From NCBI GenBank assembly GCA_019751945.1, contig JAIEMT010000001.1, forward strand, positions 6,635 to 70,634: DNA of 64,000 nt, in the 5' to 3' direction. This stretch comes from a bacterium. Its GTDB lineage: Bacteria > Bdellovibrionota > UBA1018. The position numbers were made by a program, and so were the translations under genes. Positions 9,793-19,178 of the stretch are shown piece by piece. The notes under the pieces were generated by a model. That model had not been told where the DNA came from. It worked only from the letters and a program-made list of their open reading frames with translations, and did no database searches. Position 1 is the stretch's first letter, and each line of letters starts with the position of its first letter.

Positions 9793-10622
9793 GTTCCGAA
9801 GGCTGGTCTGTAGAGCAGATCAATACGATTCTGCAATCGACCCACTATCGGGAACTGCTTCGAGTGGCGTTGAATGAGAGGGCGCGCACTGGTCGGGCCC
9901 TCTCTTTTGCAGAGTTGAGTCGACGAGGAGGATTCCGTTCTCGGAGCTTTCCGCGAGATGTCTTGGGGAGTACGCGAGGCCTGACTCGAGAATCCGCCCG
10001 TCGTTTCGCGAAAGCATTCGGCTTTCCCTCTGTAGTTTCGACCTATCTCTATGCCCTGGTGGACTTGGATCGGGAACAGGAAAGCCTGGAGCTTCGAAAA
10101 AAGGCGCAGGTTCTTCAGGCCCGAGCGATTCGGAAAATCAGGGCTCGTACAGAAAATGCTCCTAAAAACGCTTTTGTGTTGCCCGAATTTAGCAAGGTGT
10201 ACGCGGCTTTGGGGTCTCCTACGCGGGGCGCTACTCTCGAGGAAATCGAAAAAAGAACGAAGCTTTCTCGAAAAGAACTGCTGAGGACGCTGGAAGCCTT
10301 GATAGAGAGTCAGTTGGTGGTGGAGGAAGAAGGGCGTTGGAAGGCCAAGCAGAACATCCTGCTTTTCGACAACCTTTCTAAACATGAATTTTTTCAGAAA
10401 GTTTTTCTACGAAGATTAAAGAATGCCCAGGTTTTGGCTCAAACCCAATTCCAAAGGGACGATGCGCTTTTTTGGGAGAGCACTTTTTCTATTTCATCGA
10501 AACGGTTGCCCGAACTCCGAGTTCGCCTGCGTGAGGTTCTGGGTCGATTTATAGAAGAGGCTGAAGAGTTCGAGGGAGATCAAATCTCTTCGGTAGCCGT
10601 TTCTTTTTTTCCGTTAGATTGA
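9789..10622 (+). CDS. Cytoplasmic hypothetical protein with an N-terminal HTH-like region (resembles TIGR02147/DUF4423-type proteins)
   Basis: No signal peptide. The N-terminal ALNERARTGRALSFAELSRRGGFRSRSFPRDVLGS looks like an HTH. The start overlaps the preceding stop (ATGA), suggesting translational coupling. The family assignment is from memory and uncertain. Confidence 0.45.
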   Translation: MSSEGWSVEQINTILQSTHYRELLRVALNERARTGRALSFAELSRRGGFRSRSFPRDVLGSTRGLTRESARRFAKAFGFPSVVSTYLYALVDLDREQESLELRKKAQVLQARAIRKIRARTENAPKNAFVLPEFSKVYAALGSPTRGATLEEIEKRTKLSRKELLRTLEALIESQLVVEEEGRWKAKQNILLFDNLSKHEFFQKVFLRRLKNAQVLAQTQFQRDDALFWESTFSISSKRLPELRVRLREVLGRFIEEAEEFEGDQISSVAVSFFPLD

Positions 10623-10867
10623 CTGTGTTATCCCGACAATGAAGTCGGCATTCGGATGACGAACCAAGATCGCGACTCCTCGATTAGCACTTCTATTCGA
10701 ATCGGAAACCGAATCGATTACGGATTTGAAGCCATCGAGGCTCTGGGGAATGAAAAAGGTGGATCCATTGCAGTTCGGTACTGGATGCCCAACCTAGATC
10801 AAGCCATTTCCGAGTGCACAAAGGACTTTTTTAAAAACCTCTAGGGTTTTAAGAAAATAATTTTGCG

Positions 10868-12367
10868 CTAAAGAGTCGGCTCAGCACGTAAGGCCTTTTT
10901 CAGGACCTTTCCGCTATCGCCTTTAGGCAGGGTTGCCAGAAATTCGAAATACTTGGGCACCTTATAACGTGCCAGGTTCTGCTGGCAGTAGCTCAAGAGT
11001 TCCGTTTCAGAAACGGCTGCGCCTTTTTCTAGCGTTACAAAGGCCTTTCCGACTTCTCCCCAACGTGCGTCGGGGACGCCAATCACTGCGGCTTCGTGAA
11101 CTTGGGGGTGGCTGGTCAGGACCTGTTCAATTTCGGCGGGGTACACATTCTCGGCTCCGCTGATGAACATGTCCTTCTTCCGACCCACGACGTAGAAATA
11201 GCCTTCGGCGTCTCGACGGACGAGGTCTCCGGTGAAAAGCCAACCGTCGCGAATCGTTTCCTGAGTGGCGTCGGGTCTGCCGTAGTAACCCAGAGTCGCG
11301 GTGGGTCCTTTGAGTGCGAGCTCGCCGACGGTGTCGTCGCCGGGAGGAACGACTTTTCCTGTGTCGTCGATGATCTGTGCTTCGATGTAAAAATTTGGAA
11401 ATCCAATCGAACCGATTTTTCGAACGGAGTCGTCTTCGTTTAACGAAAATACGTTGGGACCAAATTCGGTCAGCCCGTACCCTTGGCGAATGGGGATTCC
11501 TTTTTCTTGCCAGGTTCGAATCAGTTCGAGGGACATCGGTTCTCCGCCCACGATGGCGTAGCGAACGGACTTGAGCTGAGCTCCGAAGAAGTAAGGGGAG
11601 CGGGCGAGCATGTCCATCATTGTGGGTACTCCAAAGAGGATGGTCAGAGACTCGGAGTCCGCCAGTTGCAAAATCTGATCAGCGTCGAACTTCTTCATTA
11701 AAATGACCGTCGCTCCGCGATGGAAGCAGGGCGTGTTCAATACGTTCCAGCCCCCGGTGTGGAAAAGCGGCAAGAAGGCGAGGACTCTTTCATTTTGAGT
11801 GAGGTTGAGACGCAGACCGGTGTTGATCGAATTCCAGTAAAGCATCCCGTGGTGAATCAAGGCGCCCTTAGGATGTCCGGTGGTTCCCGAGGTGTAGAGA
11901 ATCATGCACACGGTATCGGGAGTGGCTTGAATCGGAATTTCCTGCGCATCGGCTGGAGCTGAGGGAGCGTCGTCTAATTTCCTGCGAAGTTCCTCAAAGT
12001 TTTCCGTTTTCATTTCGATCGAACCCACGACCGATCGAAACTGCTTCTGACATAAAATGAGTTTGGGCTGGCAGTCGCTCAAGATAAACTCGACCTCTCT
12101 CGAGGTCAGGCGGTAATTAATGGGAACCAGAATGGCGTTGAGTCGCTGTAACGCGAAGAAAAGAAAAAAATACTCGAGCTCGTTTCCTGCCAGCACGGCC
12201 ACCCGGTCGCCCGCGCCGACTTGATGAGTGTCTCGAAGCCAAGCAGCGAGTCGGACGGAGCCTCGATAAAATTCGAGGTAGCTTACTTCGCGGCCAGTCT
12301 CTGCATCCTTCAGCGCTGTGTGAGAGGGGGAGTAGAGACTCCATTTCTTCAGCCAGTCCAGTTCCAT
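10868..12367 (-). CDS. AMP-dependent synthetase/ligase (acyl-CoA synthetase family)
   Basis: AMP-binding motifs LYTSGTTGHPKG and GYGLTEFG, plus the C-terminal TGDL...GRKKDMFISGAENVYPAEIE. Confidence 0.85.
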   Translation of the reverse strand: MELDWLKKWSLYSPSHTALKDAETGREVSYLEFYRGSVRLAAWLRDTHQVGAGDRVAVLAGNELEYFFLFFALQRLNAILVPINYRLTSREVEFILSDCQPKLILCQKQFRSVVGSIEMKTENFEELRRKLDDAPSAPADAQEIPIQATPDTVCMILYTSGTTGHPKGALIHHGMLYWNSINTGLRLNLTQNERVLAFLPLFHTGGWNVLNTPCFHRGATVILMKKFDADQILQLADSESLTILFGVPTMMDMLARSPYFFGAQLKSVRYAIVGGEPMSLELIRTWQEKGIPIRQGYGLTEFGPNVFSLNEDDSVRKIGSIGFPNFYIEAQIIDDTGKVVPPGDDTVGELALKGPTATLGYYGRPDATQETIRDGWLFTGDLVRRDAEGYFYVVGRKKDMFISGAENVYPAEIEQVLTSHPQVHEAAVIGVPDARWGEVGKAFVTLEKGAAVSETELLSYCQQNLARYKVPKYFEFLATLPKGDSGKVLKKALRAEPTL

Positions 12368-12370
12368 GAA

Positions 12371-13378
12371 TTAAACTCCCCAACGAATGGCTGCGGATGC
12401 CATCGAGAGGCCTCCGCCAGATCCCACCAGCATAATGAGGTCGCCGTCCTTCAGAAGATTTTTCGATGCAGCGTCGGCGATGGCCATGGGGATGCTGGCG
12501 CTCCCGGTATATCCGAAGCGATCCATGATGTTGTGAGATTTCGCCCGATCGACGCCAAGTTTGTCCAGCGTCTCGTGAATACTTTGAATATTGATTTGCG
12601 TTAAGAAATAGCGCGAAACATCCGAGATCTGAGAAGCCGTTCGGTCGAGCAAGATGTGGATTAAGCGCGGCCAATGAGTGCCGTTGGTTTCGATGGGAAT
12701 CTTCTTTGCGAAATTGAGGAGGTGCCCTTTTTCTTGCAGGACTTTCTCGCTCAGGGGATTGGCAGTTCCCCCCGCGTAGAGGCCCATGTAGTCGTGATAT
12801 TGGCCATCCGTGTAGAGCTGGGAAGCCAAGATGCCTCGATCCTTCTTCTGCGATCCTTGTAGGATCACCGCGCCGGCCCCGTCTGCGAAGAGGGAAGCAA
12901 TCTTGTAATCGTCCCAGTTTAAAAACTTGGTCATGCCATAGGCGCCCACCACTAAAATGTTTCTATAATGAGAGTCGGTCTGAATGTATTTGCTCCCGAC
13001 ATCGAGGGCAGTCACAAATCCCGCGCAAGCGCTGTTCAGGTCGAAAGTTCCGCTACGGGTTGCACCCAGCTTGTGTTGAACCACAGCTGCTGTCGAGGGT
13101 GAAAGATAGTCCGGGGTGTCGGTTGCCACGATGATGAGGTCGAGATCGGTAGCACTGATCCCCGCAGCCCGCATGGCGTCTTTTGCGGCGGGAACGATGA
13201 GGTCGGAAGTCACTTGGTTCTCAGCCATGTAGCGACGTTCGAAAATATTTCGCTTCTCTCTCAAGAAGGTGTCGATATCGATTCCATAGCGATTATTGAA
13301 ATAATCGTTCCGTACGACCTTCTCGGGTGCGTACATTCCTGTGCCTGCAATGACTGCTCGCGTTGGTGAATGGGTCAT
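12371..13378 (-). CDS. 3-oxoacyl-ACP synthase III-like condensing enzyme (FabH/KAS III family)
   Basis: Active-site NSACAGFV (Cys) and the C-terminal GSGGGLSMASAAIRW. Start set at MTHSPTRAVIAGTG (ATG 13378) because an AGGGGG SD lies 13 nt upstream. It lies 3 nt downstream of the ligase gene. Confidence 0.85.
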   Translation of the reverse strand: MTHSPTRAVIAGTGMYAPEKVVRNDYFNNRYGIDIDTFLREKRNIFERRYMAENQVTSDLIVPAAKDAMRAAGISATDLDLIIVATDTPDYLSPSTAAVVQHKLGATRSGTFDLNSACAGFVTALDVGSKYIQTDSHYRNILVVGAYGMTKFLNWDDYKIASLFADGAGAVILQGSQKKDRGILASQLYTDGQYHDYMGLYAGGTANPLSEKVLQEKGHLLNFAKKIPIETNGTHWPRLIHILLDRTASQISDVSRYFLTQINIQSIHETLDKLGVDRAKSHNIMDRFGYTGSASIPMAIADAASKNLLKDGDLIMLVGSGGGLSMASAAIRWGV

Positions 13379-13505
13379 AGTAATTGTGGATATCCCCCTG
13401 GTTTTTTTGATCTGAGATGGGCGAGATGTCAAGCGGCTTGACAGGGAAGTATGTGGGGGCTAGCTTTGCTCGCACATCAACAACATCTTCGGATCGGGGG
13501 ATCCC

Positions 13506-14267
13506 ATGAGCCAGCTCCGTTTTGATTTCTCAACACGTACCGCAGTCATTACAGGAGGGGCGCAGGGAATTGGTTTTCAAATCGCTAAAAGTTTCTTAGA
13601 TGCGGGCGCTCGCGTTTCCATTTGGGATTATTCTCCGGGCGCGCTCGACGTTTGTCGGTCCGAGCTGTCCTCGTACGGAGATCGAGTGCATTACGCAGCC
13701 GTGGATGTTTCGAAGTTCGACGCCTGCCAAGTGGCTTCTGCTCAGCTTCCGTTCAAGGTCGATGTTCTCGTCAATAACGCGGGCATTACGAAGGATAAGA
13801 CCTTGGCAAAAATGTCTGTCGAGGATTTTGAAGCGGTCATTGGCGTGAACCTCACTGGACTTTTTAATGTGACTCGATCGCTTCTCGAGAAGTTTAACGA
13901 CGGGACGGAGACTCAGCCGAAGCAGCGCCGCATTATTAATATCTCGAGCATCGTGGGGCTCTACGGGAATTTCGGCCAGACCAATTATGCGGCTGCTAAA
14001 TCAGGAGTGATTGGCATGACCAAGACTTGGGCACGCGAACTGGGCCGCAAGGGTTTTACGGTGAATGCAATCGCACCCGGATTCATTCAGACGGCCATGA
14101 CCGCCAAAATGCCGAAAGAAGTTTTAGATGAAATGCTGTCTAAAATTCAGGTGGGGCGTTTGGGAAATCCCGAAGAGATTGCCAGCACCTGTTTGTTTCT
14201 TTCCTCTCAACAGGCTGCCTTCATTAATGGTGCCGTGATTAGTGTGGATGGAGGCATGCTGTGCTAA
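13506..14267 (+). CDS. Short-chain dehydrogenase/reductase, FabG-like 3-oxoacyl reductase
   Basis: TGGAQGIG cofactor motif, NNAG, S...YAAAK catalytic tetrad, and 253 aa of classical SDR. Confidence 0.85.
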   Translation: MSQLRFDFSTRTAVITGGAQGIGFQIAKSFLDAGARVSIWDYSPGALDVCRSELSSYGDRVHYAAVDVSKFDACQVASAQLPFKVDVLVNNAGITKDKTLAKMSVEDFEAVIGVNLTGLFNVTRSLLEKFNDGTETQPKQRRIINISSIVGLYGNFGQTNYAAAKSGVIGMTKTWARELGRKGFTVNAIAPGFIQTAMTAKMPKEVLDEMLSKIQVGRLGNPEEIASTCLFLSSQQAAFINGAVISVDGGMLC

Positions 14268-15271
14268 AAAAAATTCTTTGTCTGACGCTGTCATTGACGT
14301 GGGCGTCCGTAGCTGCGGCCGGTGTTTCTCAATCAGGTTTTAAAAAACTCCCCAACGGTCACGAAATCAATATTGAGTACACCCCAGCTCAGCCGGGGAA
14401 GCCGACTCTCGTGATCTTGAATGGCCTGACTTACAAATTGGAGAGTTGGAATTTCATGATGCCCACCCTGGAGTCACAGGGGAATGGAATCTTACGATTG
14501 GACCCCATGGGCCAGGGCCAGACGCTTCTGAAGTACGCTCCAATCGACTTTAAGATTTCAATTGAAACTCAGGCAGATGATTTGGCTTTTTTACTGAAAT
14601 TATTGGGGATCAAACAGCCAGTGCACCTTCTCGGCCTTTCTTACGGAGGCGGCTGGGCGATGGTCTTTGCCAATCGCTACCCCGCTCAAGTCGCAAGTCT
14701 GATTTTGATGGCCCCTTTTGTAGGACCCCTTCCCGGTCAGGATACGCAGATTCGGTCTTCGATTGCCTTTGTTCGGGCTCAGGGGTACCTGAATCCGCTC
14801 AATGCGCTGACGGATGACGAACTCTACGACTATTTCTTGAAACAGAATGTTTACACCACGTATCCGCTGTACGAACCGATCGTGTTAGAAAATCCCTTCA
14901 AGCTCGAGGCCACCTTCCGTCTTGTTCAGGGAATTCGGAAAGTGGAAGTTCAGAAGTATATGAAGAATTTCCCGGACAAAGCGGTGCATTTGATCGACGC
15001 CGGATTGGATCAATATATTCCGCGTTCGATGATGGACCAGTTTTGGAACGACCTTCCCGTTTCCAAAAAGGCCAGCCGAATGAATTTGAATTTTTCGGAA
15101 CATAAAATTCCGGAATCGAAACCGGTTTTTGCTGCCACTTGGGTGAACCTTATTTTGGCGGGCGATTCGCGCATCAGCGGCGGAAAAACTTTTGAGGGTT
15201 ATCCCAACCTGGGGCTGGCAGATTCTGGCTCTGAGAAAATTGATCTCCCCATCGACCTTTGGCCCTTCTAA
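14261..15271 (+). CDS. Alpha/beta-fold hydrolase with a signal peptide
   Basis: Signal peptide MLKKILCLTLSLTWASVAAA. Nucleophile elbow GLSYGG. Overlaps the SDR stop by 7 nt. Confidence 0.7.
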   Translation: MLKKILCLTLSLTWASVAAAGVSQSGFKKLPNGHEINIEYTPAQPGKPTLVILNGLTYKLESWNFMMPTLESQGNGILRLDPMGQGQTLLKYAPIDFKISIETQADDLAFLLKLLGIKQPVHLLGLSYGGGWAMVFANRYPAQVASLILMAPFVGPLPGQDTQIRSSIAFVRAQGYLNPLNALTDDELYDYFLKQNVYTTYPLYEPIVLENPFKLEATFRLVQGIRKVEVQKYMKNFPDKAVHLIDAGLDQYIPRSMMDQFWNDLPVSKKASRMNLNFSEHKIPESKPVFAATWVNLILAGDSRISGGKTFEGYPNLGLADSGSEKIDLPIDLWPF

Positions 15272-16080
15272 AATCTATGCCTTTTTTCGAAACTTCTGAA
15301 TTGAGACTGCATTACGAACAGGTTCCAAACCTGCTCCCTCGACCCACTCTTTTTTTACATGGGAATCTGGCCTCCAATGTTTGGTGGGAACCTTCCGTCG
15401 AAATCTGGAGTCGCCAAGCGAAGTCCTTCTCGCCGGGTCAGTCCGCTTACTTAGCGGAGTGGCGTGGCTGCGGGAAGTCTTCAGGACCGGCTTCTGAGGC
15501 TGATTTAGCGATGCCGAATTTGGCAAACGATGTCGTTCAGTTGGTGAAGAAATTGAATGTGGGTCCGATGCACGTCGTGGGACATTCCACGGGTGGACTC
15601 ATTGCTTTGTTGGCCATGTCGCAAGCTCCGGAACTTTTTAGTCGTGCTGTCTTGTTGGATCCGGTTTCTCCCAAGGGGGTGACCCTCGACCCCGCCATTC
15701 TCGGAGCGTTTGATGAAATGGCAAAGAATCGGGATCTCACCGCGACGGTTCTGGGTGGAACCATTCGGGGGAATCAAGCTGCCTCTCCCCTTTTTCAGCG
15801 AATCGTGGACAGTGCCTGCGGTGTTCATCCCTTTATTTGGAAGGGAATTCCAAAAGCTCTCAACGGAATTGACTTCACTCGAGAAGTTTCGAAGGTTCGA
15901 CATCCGACGCTGGTGATGCACGGGCAGTACGACACAGTTTTGCCTCTAGATGCATCCCAGGAATTAGCGAAACTTCTGCCCGAAGGGCGATTCGAAATGC
16001 TTCGCGATCAAGGACATTCTTGCAATGTTGAAAACCCTGAGCTCTTCGTTCAGGGCGTCAATCGGTTTCTGTTCGGCTGA
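15259..16080 (+). CDS. Alpha/beta-fold hydrolase
   Basis: HGNLASNVWW oxyanion region and nucleophile elbow GHSTGG. Overlaps the upstream hydrolase by 13 nt. Confidence 0.75.
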   Translation: MALLKSMPFFETSELRLHYEQVPNLLPRPTLFLHGNLASNVWWEPSVEIWSRQAKSFSPGQSAYLAEWRGCGKSSGPASEADLAMPNLANDVVQLVKKLNVGPMHVVGHSTGGLIALLAMSQAPELFSRAVLLDPVSPKGVTLDPAILGAFDEMAKNRDLTATVLGGTIRGNQAASPLFQRIVDSACGVHPFIWKGIPKALNGIDFTREVSKVRHPTLVMHGQYDTVLPLDASQELAKLLPEGRFEMLRDQGHSCNVENPELFVQGVNRFLFG

Positions 16081-16487
16081 TTCGTATCCAAGCATTGGTA
16101 CACGAACGAATGCAGAGTGAGAGTCCCCTTCATCTGAAAGGGGAGTTGGATTACGGCGTGCTTCCCTTCCAATTGGTCGGTGGTGAAAGTGATCTTCCCC
16201 GCGGTGATGTCGATCGTGCCAGGAACCCAAACCGCGGGAGGCTGCATTCCTCCGACTGTTGCGTTGGAAAAAAGGAGAGCCCCTGGGCCTGAGACTACTG
16301 AAGTGGGGCTCATTCCCGGAGAAAGGGCGACGGACACGGCCGTACTCCAGAAGATTTGAATCTTGGGGGTCAGGTTCGTCGGATCTAGAGAGTAACAGGT
16401 GGCCGCTTCAAAAGAGAGAGGTTCACTGGCTTGAGCGTTTCCGATAGCGAGCGCAAAAACTAGACACGGCAGAGAGAAGATTTTCAT
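16050..16487 (-). CDS. Small secreted hypothetical protein
   Basis: Signal peptide MKIFSLPCLVFALAIGNAQA. No family recognised. Overlaps convergently with the hydrolase end. Confidence 0.4.
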   Translation of the reverse strand: MKIFSLPCLVFALAIGNAQASEPLSFEAATCYSLDPTNLTPKIQIFWSTAVSVALSPGMSPTSVVSGPGALLFSNATVGGMQPPAVWVPGTIDITAGKITFTTDQLEGKHAVIQLPFQMKGTLTLHSFVYQCLDTNQPNRNRLTP

Positions 16488-16507
16488 CCCCCCTCTATAG
16501 CTTTTCT

Positions 16508-17164
16508 TTACGGTTTTGCGAAAATAATTCCGCGGGATTTCATTTGCGCCATCAACTCCTGCACGGCCTTGCGGCGGTGGGAGATGGCGTTCTTCTCTTG
16601 GTGAGACATCTCAGCCAGAGTTTTGGTCTGCCCCTGTGGAACGAAGATGGGGTCGTATCCAAAGCCTTCGGTACCTCGAGGTGTATCAATGATCGTGCCT
16701 TCGAGAGTGCCAGTGGCGGTGAGGGTAATGCCTTCAATTGAAAGCGCGAGCGTAGTGACGAATCGAGCAGTCTTGGGGCCCGAAGTCTTCTTCAATTCGG
16801 TCAGAAGTTTTTCCATGTTGGCGCGATCTTGTTCCGCGCGAGTCGAGAAGAACTTTCCCGGAGCCGGTTTGGCATAGCGCTGGGAGAACACTCCCGGGGC
16901 CCCTTCTAGGGCTTGAACCTCTAGGCCGGAGTCATCGGCCAGAGCCGGATAATGAGCGCCGTGGTTTGCCAGGCGGGCCTTGGCAGCTGCATTTTCTACA
17001 TAAGTTTTATAGATTTCTACGAACTTCAGTTTTTCGGCGTTTCGGATGTAATCCTGGGGCGCGACGAGCTCCACATCAGGGGCTTCAGTCGAAAGGATTT
17101 CCTTAAATTCCGCAAGCTTGTCTGGGTTCAATGAGGCAAAGATCACAATGTTTGAGCGACGCAT
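16508..17164 (-). CDS. rdgB: Non-canonical purine NTP pyrophosphatase (RdgB/HAM1 family)
   Basis: IVFASLNPDKLAEFKEIL and GFGYDPIFVPQG...EMS..EKNAISHRRKA are hallmark ITPase motifs. Confidence 0.85.
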   Translation of the reverse strand: MRRSNIVIFASLNPDKLAEFKEILSTEAPDVELVAPQDYIRNAEKLKFVEIYKTYVENAAAKARLANHGAHYPALADDSGLEVQALEGAPGVFSQRYAKPAPGKFFSTRAEQDRANMEKLLTELKKTSGPKTARFVTTLALSIEGITLTATGTLEGTIIDTPRGTEGFGYDPIFVPQGQTKTLAEMSHQEKNAISHRRKAVQELMAQMKSRGIIFAKP

Positions 17165-17232
17165 ATCCTTAAATTCTTACCACAATCGTGGGGGACTTCT
17201 AGGCTGGAAATAGCCGACTAAATCACCCAATA

Positions 17233-18501
17233 ATGCCGGACTTATGCTATGACTGCGTCGTGATTTACTTTCAATCCCTGACGCGCGATGAACTGGCTGA
17301 TTTGCTTCTGCCCTTCAGCGCCCGTCCCCGAGACCGCCACGTCGATGCCGACGGTACCCCGCTCGTCGAGCTGAATGACGCTCCGTCACTTCCGGAGATC
17401 AAGCGCGCCCGCATGCGCGCAAAGCAGATTTATCACTGGGTCTACCAGCGCTTCGTGACGGATTGGGATCAGATGACCGATCTCAACAAAGAGGTGCGCG
17501 GCTGGCTGAAAGAGAACGTCGAGATCTTTCGCCTGAGCGAGCGCCATGCTCAGCAGGCTACGGACGGCACTCATAAGTTTCTTTGGAATCTTCCGGATCA
17601 TAAAACCATCGAAAGCGTGATCATTCCCGCCGCTCTTCAGGAAAAAGACAAGATGGAAAACGACGGCAAGGTGTTTCGCGGTCGTCCTTCTGAAGAGGAG
17701 TTGGATTCGCAACATTGGTCGCGATTGACGGCATGCATTTCGAGCCAAGTGGGCTGCGCGATGGCGTGTAAGTTCTGCCTCACCGGAATTCAGGGTTTAG
17801 ACCGCAGCCTGGCTGTACACGAAATCGTGACTCAGGTTTTTGAACTGCGAAAGCAGGCGCCGATCACGAACATCGTTTTCATGGGAATGGGCGAGCCGCT
17901 TCACAACGTCGACAACGTGATCAAGGCCTGCAAAATCCTGCTCGACGAAGATGGAATGAATTTTTCGAAACGGAAGGTCACCGTGAGCACGAGTGGTCTT
18001 GTTCCCGCGATCGAACAGCTGGGTCAGTCCGTCGATGTTTCTTTAGCGATTTCCTTGAACGCTACGACCGACGAAGTTCGTTCGAAGATCATGCCCGTGA
18101 ATAAGAAGTGGAATATCGAAAAGCTGATGGAGACTTGCCGGAACTATCCGCTCGGCTCGCATCGTCGCATCACTTTCGAGTACGTCTTGTTAAAAGATGT
18201 GAACGACACGATGGAAGACGCGGCCCGCTTGTTGAAGCTCGTGCGGGGCATTCCGAACAAGATCAACTTGATTCCTTTTAACGAACACAGTGGTTCTGAG
18301 TTTCTACGCCCATCGGATGAAACCGTTCGGAAGTTTCAGCGTTACTTGGTGGATCGCGGCTTAACGGCGACAGTGAGAATTTCTCGCGGCCAAGATATTC
18401 TGGCGGCCTGCGGACAGCTGCGCAGTATTTTTGGAACAGCTCGCGGCAGCGATCGTCACAAGGACTGGGCGGGCTTAAAGGGAATGGCCGGCACGTCCTG
18501 A
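17233..18501 (+). CDS. rlmN: 23S rRNA (adenine2503-C2)/tRNA methyltransferase, radical SAM
   Basis: RAKQIYHWVY N-terminal motif, the CISSQVGCAMACKFCLTG radical-SAM cluster and MGMGEPLHN. Has an N-terminal insertion and a C-terminal extension of about 25 aa. Confidence 0.85.
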   Translation: MPDLCYDCVVIYFQSLTRDELADLLLPFSARPRDRHVDADGTPLVELNDAPSLPEIKRARMRAKQIYHWVYQRFVTDWDQMTDLNKEVRGWLKENVEIFRLSERHAQQATDGTHKFLWNLPDHKTIESVIIPAALQEKDKMENDGKVFRGRPSEEELDSQHWSRLTACISSQVGCAMACKFCLTGIQGLDRSLAVHEIVTQVFELRKQAPITNIVFMGMGEPLHNVDNVIKACKILLDEDGMNFSKRKVTVSTSGLVPAIEQLGQSVDVSLAISLNATTDEVRSKIMPVNKKWNIEKLMETCRNYPLGSHRRITFEYVLLKDVNDTMEDAARLLKLVRGIPNKINLIPFNEHSGSEFLRPSDETVRKFQRYLVDRGLTATVRISRGQDILAACGQLRSIFGTARGSDRHKDWAGLKGMAGTS

Positions 18502-19178
18502 CAGAGAATCGGAACTCCCTCGGTCTGAAGCTCCACAGCCATTTTGTCGATCTCGTACATTTCTTTTAAATCCTTGATCTGAGCATCCAGAAACATCCAC
18601 GAAACGGTTTTTGCGAGCCACGGGTAAGATTTCTTTTGTTCCGCTTCGGCAGCGTAGATCGGGCCTTGAACGGCGGTCGATCCAATCGATTCTAGAAAAT
18701 GTCGAGTTATGCAAAAGTAAGAGGGAATCTCTTTGAGACGGATAATTTCTAAGAAAGCTTGCTTTTGAAGACCAAAAAAATCCCGCTTCGACGCGAATTC
18801 CTGAAGGCGACTCTGAATGGCTTCAATCTTGGGATAATCGGAAGGAAGCAGCGCTCTCGGGTGGGGCTGAACATAGCTCAAAAAAGCCGGTGCACCTTTG
18901 ACTGAAACCAGCTCCCGACAGAGCATCGGAATTCCCTTCGCTCGAAACGGCGCGGTGATGGGTTCCAGCAAATAGAGTTTCGCGATGGCCCAGTTTTCGT
19001 AGTCAATCAAACGCTTGGTGATGGGTTCCGATCGGCCCTTGGTCACCGTCTTATAAAGGATGTCTCGGGAGTGGTTGAGCTCTTTTCCTTCCTCAACGTG
19101 CGTGCGAATGCAGGGCTCGCTGAGGCAGGCGGAGAGGAGGAAGACTAACAGGAACGCACAGGGAATCTGCTTAATCAT
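18456..19178 (-). CDS. Hypothetical lipoprotein
   Basis: MIKQIPCAFLLVFLLSAC lipobox-like signal. It is the last gene of the MoxR-to-cyclase operon and overlaps the upstream gene by 8 nt. Confidence 0.45.
   Translation of the reverse strand: MIKQIPCAFLLVFLLSACLSEPCIRTHVEEGKELNHSRDILYKTVTKGRSEPITKRLIDYENWAIAKLYLLEPITAPFRAKGIPMLCRELVSVKGAPAFLSYVQPHPRALLPSDYPKIEAIQSRLQEFASKRDFFGLQKQAFLEIIRLKEIPSYFCITRHFLESIGSTAVQGPIYAAEAEQKKSYPWLAKTVSWMFLDAQIKDLKEMYEIDKMAVELQTEGVPILCQDVPAIPFKPAQSL

Noticed and set aside
10656-10844. 62-aa plus-strand ORF between the HTH-like gene and the acyl-CoA ligase gene
   Set aside because: No RBS, no family resemblance, and it lies in the 3' intergenic space of two convergent genes. 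It is more likely non-coding.
12117-12674. 185-aa minus-strand ORF spanning the ligase/FabH junction
   Set aside because: It is out of frame with and overlapped by two well-supported CDSs. The translation is Arg/His/Ser-rich without motifs.
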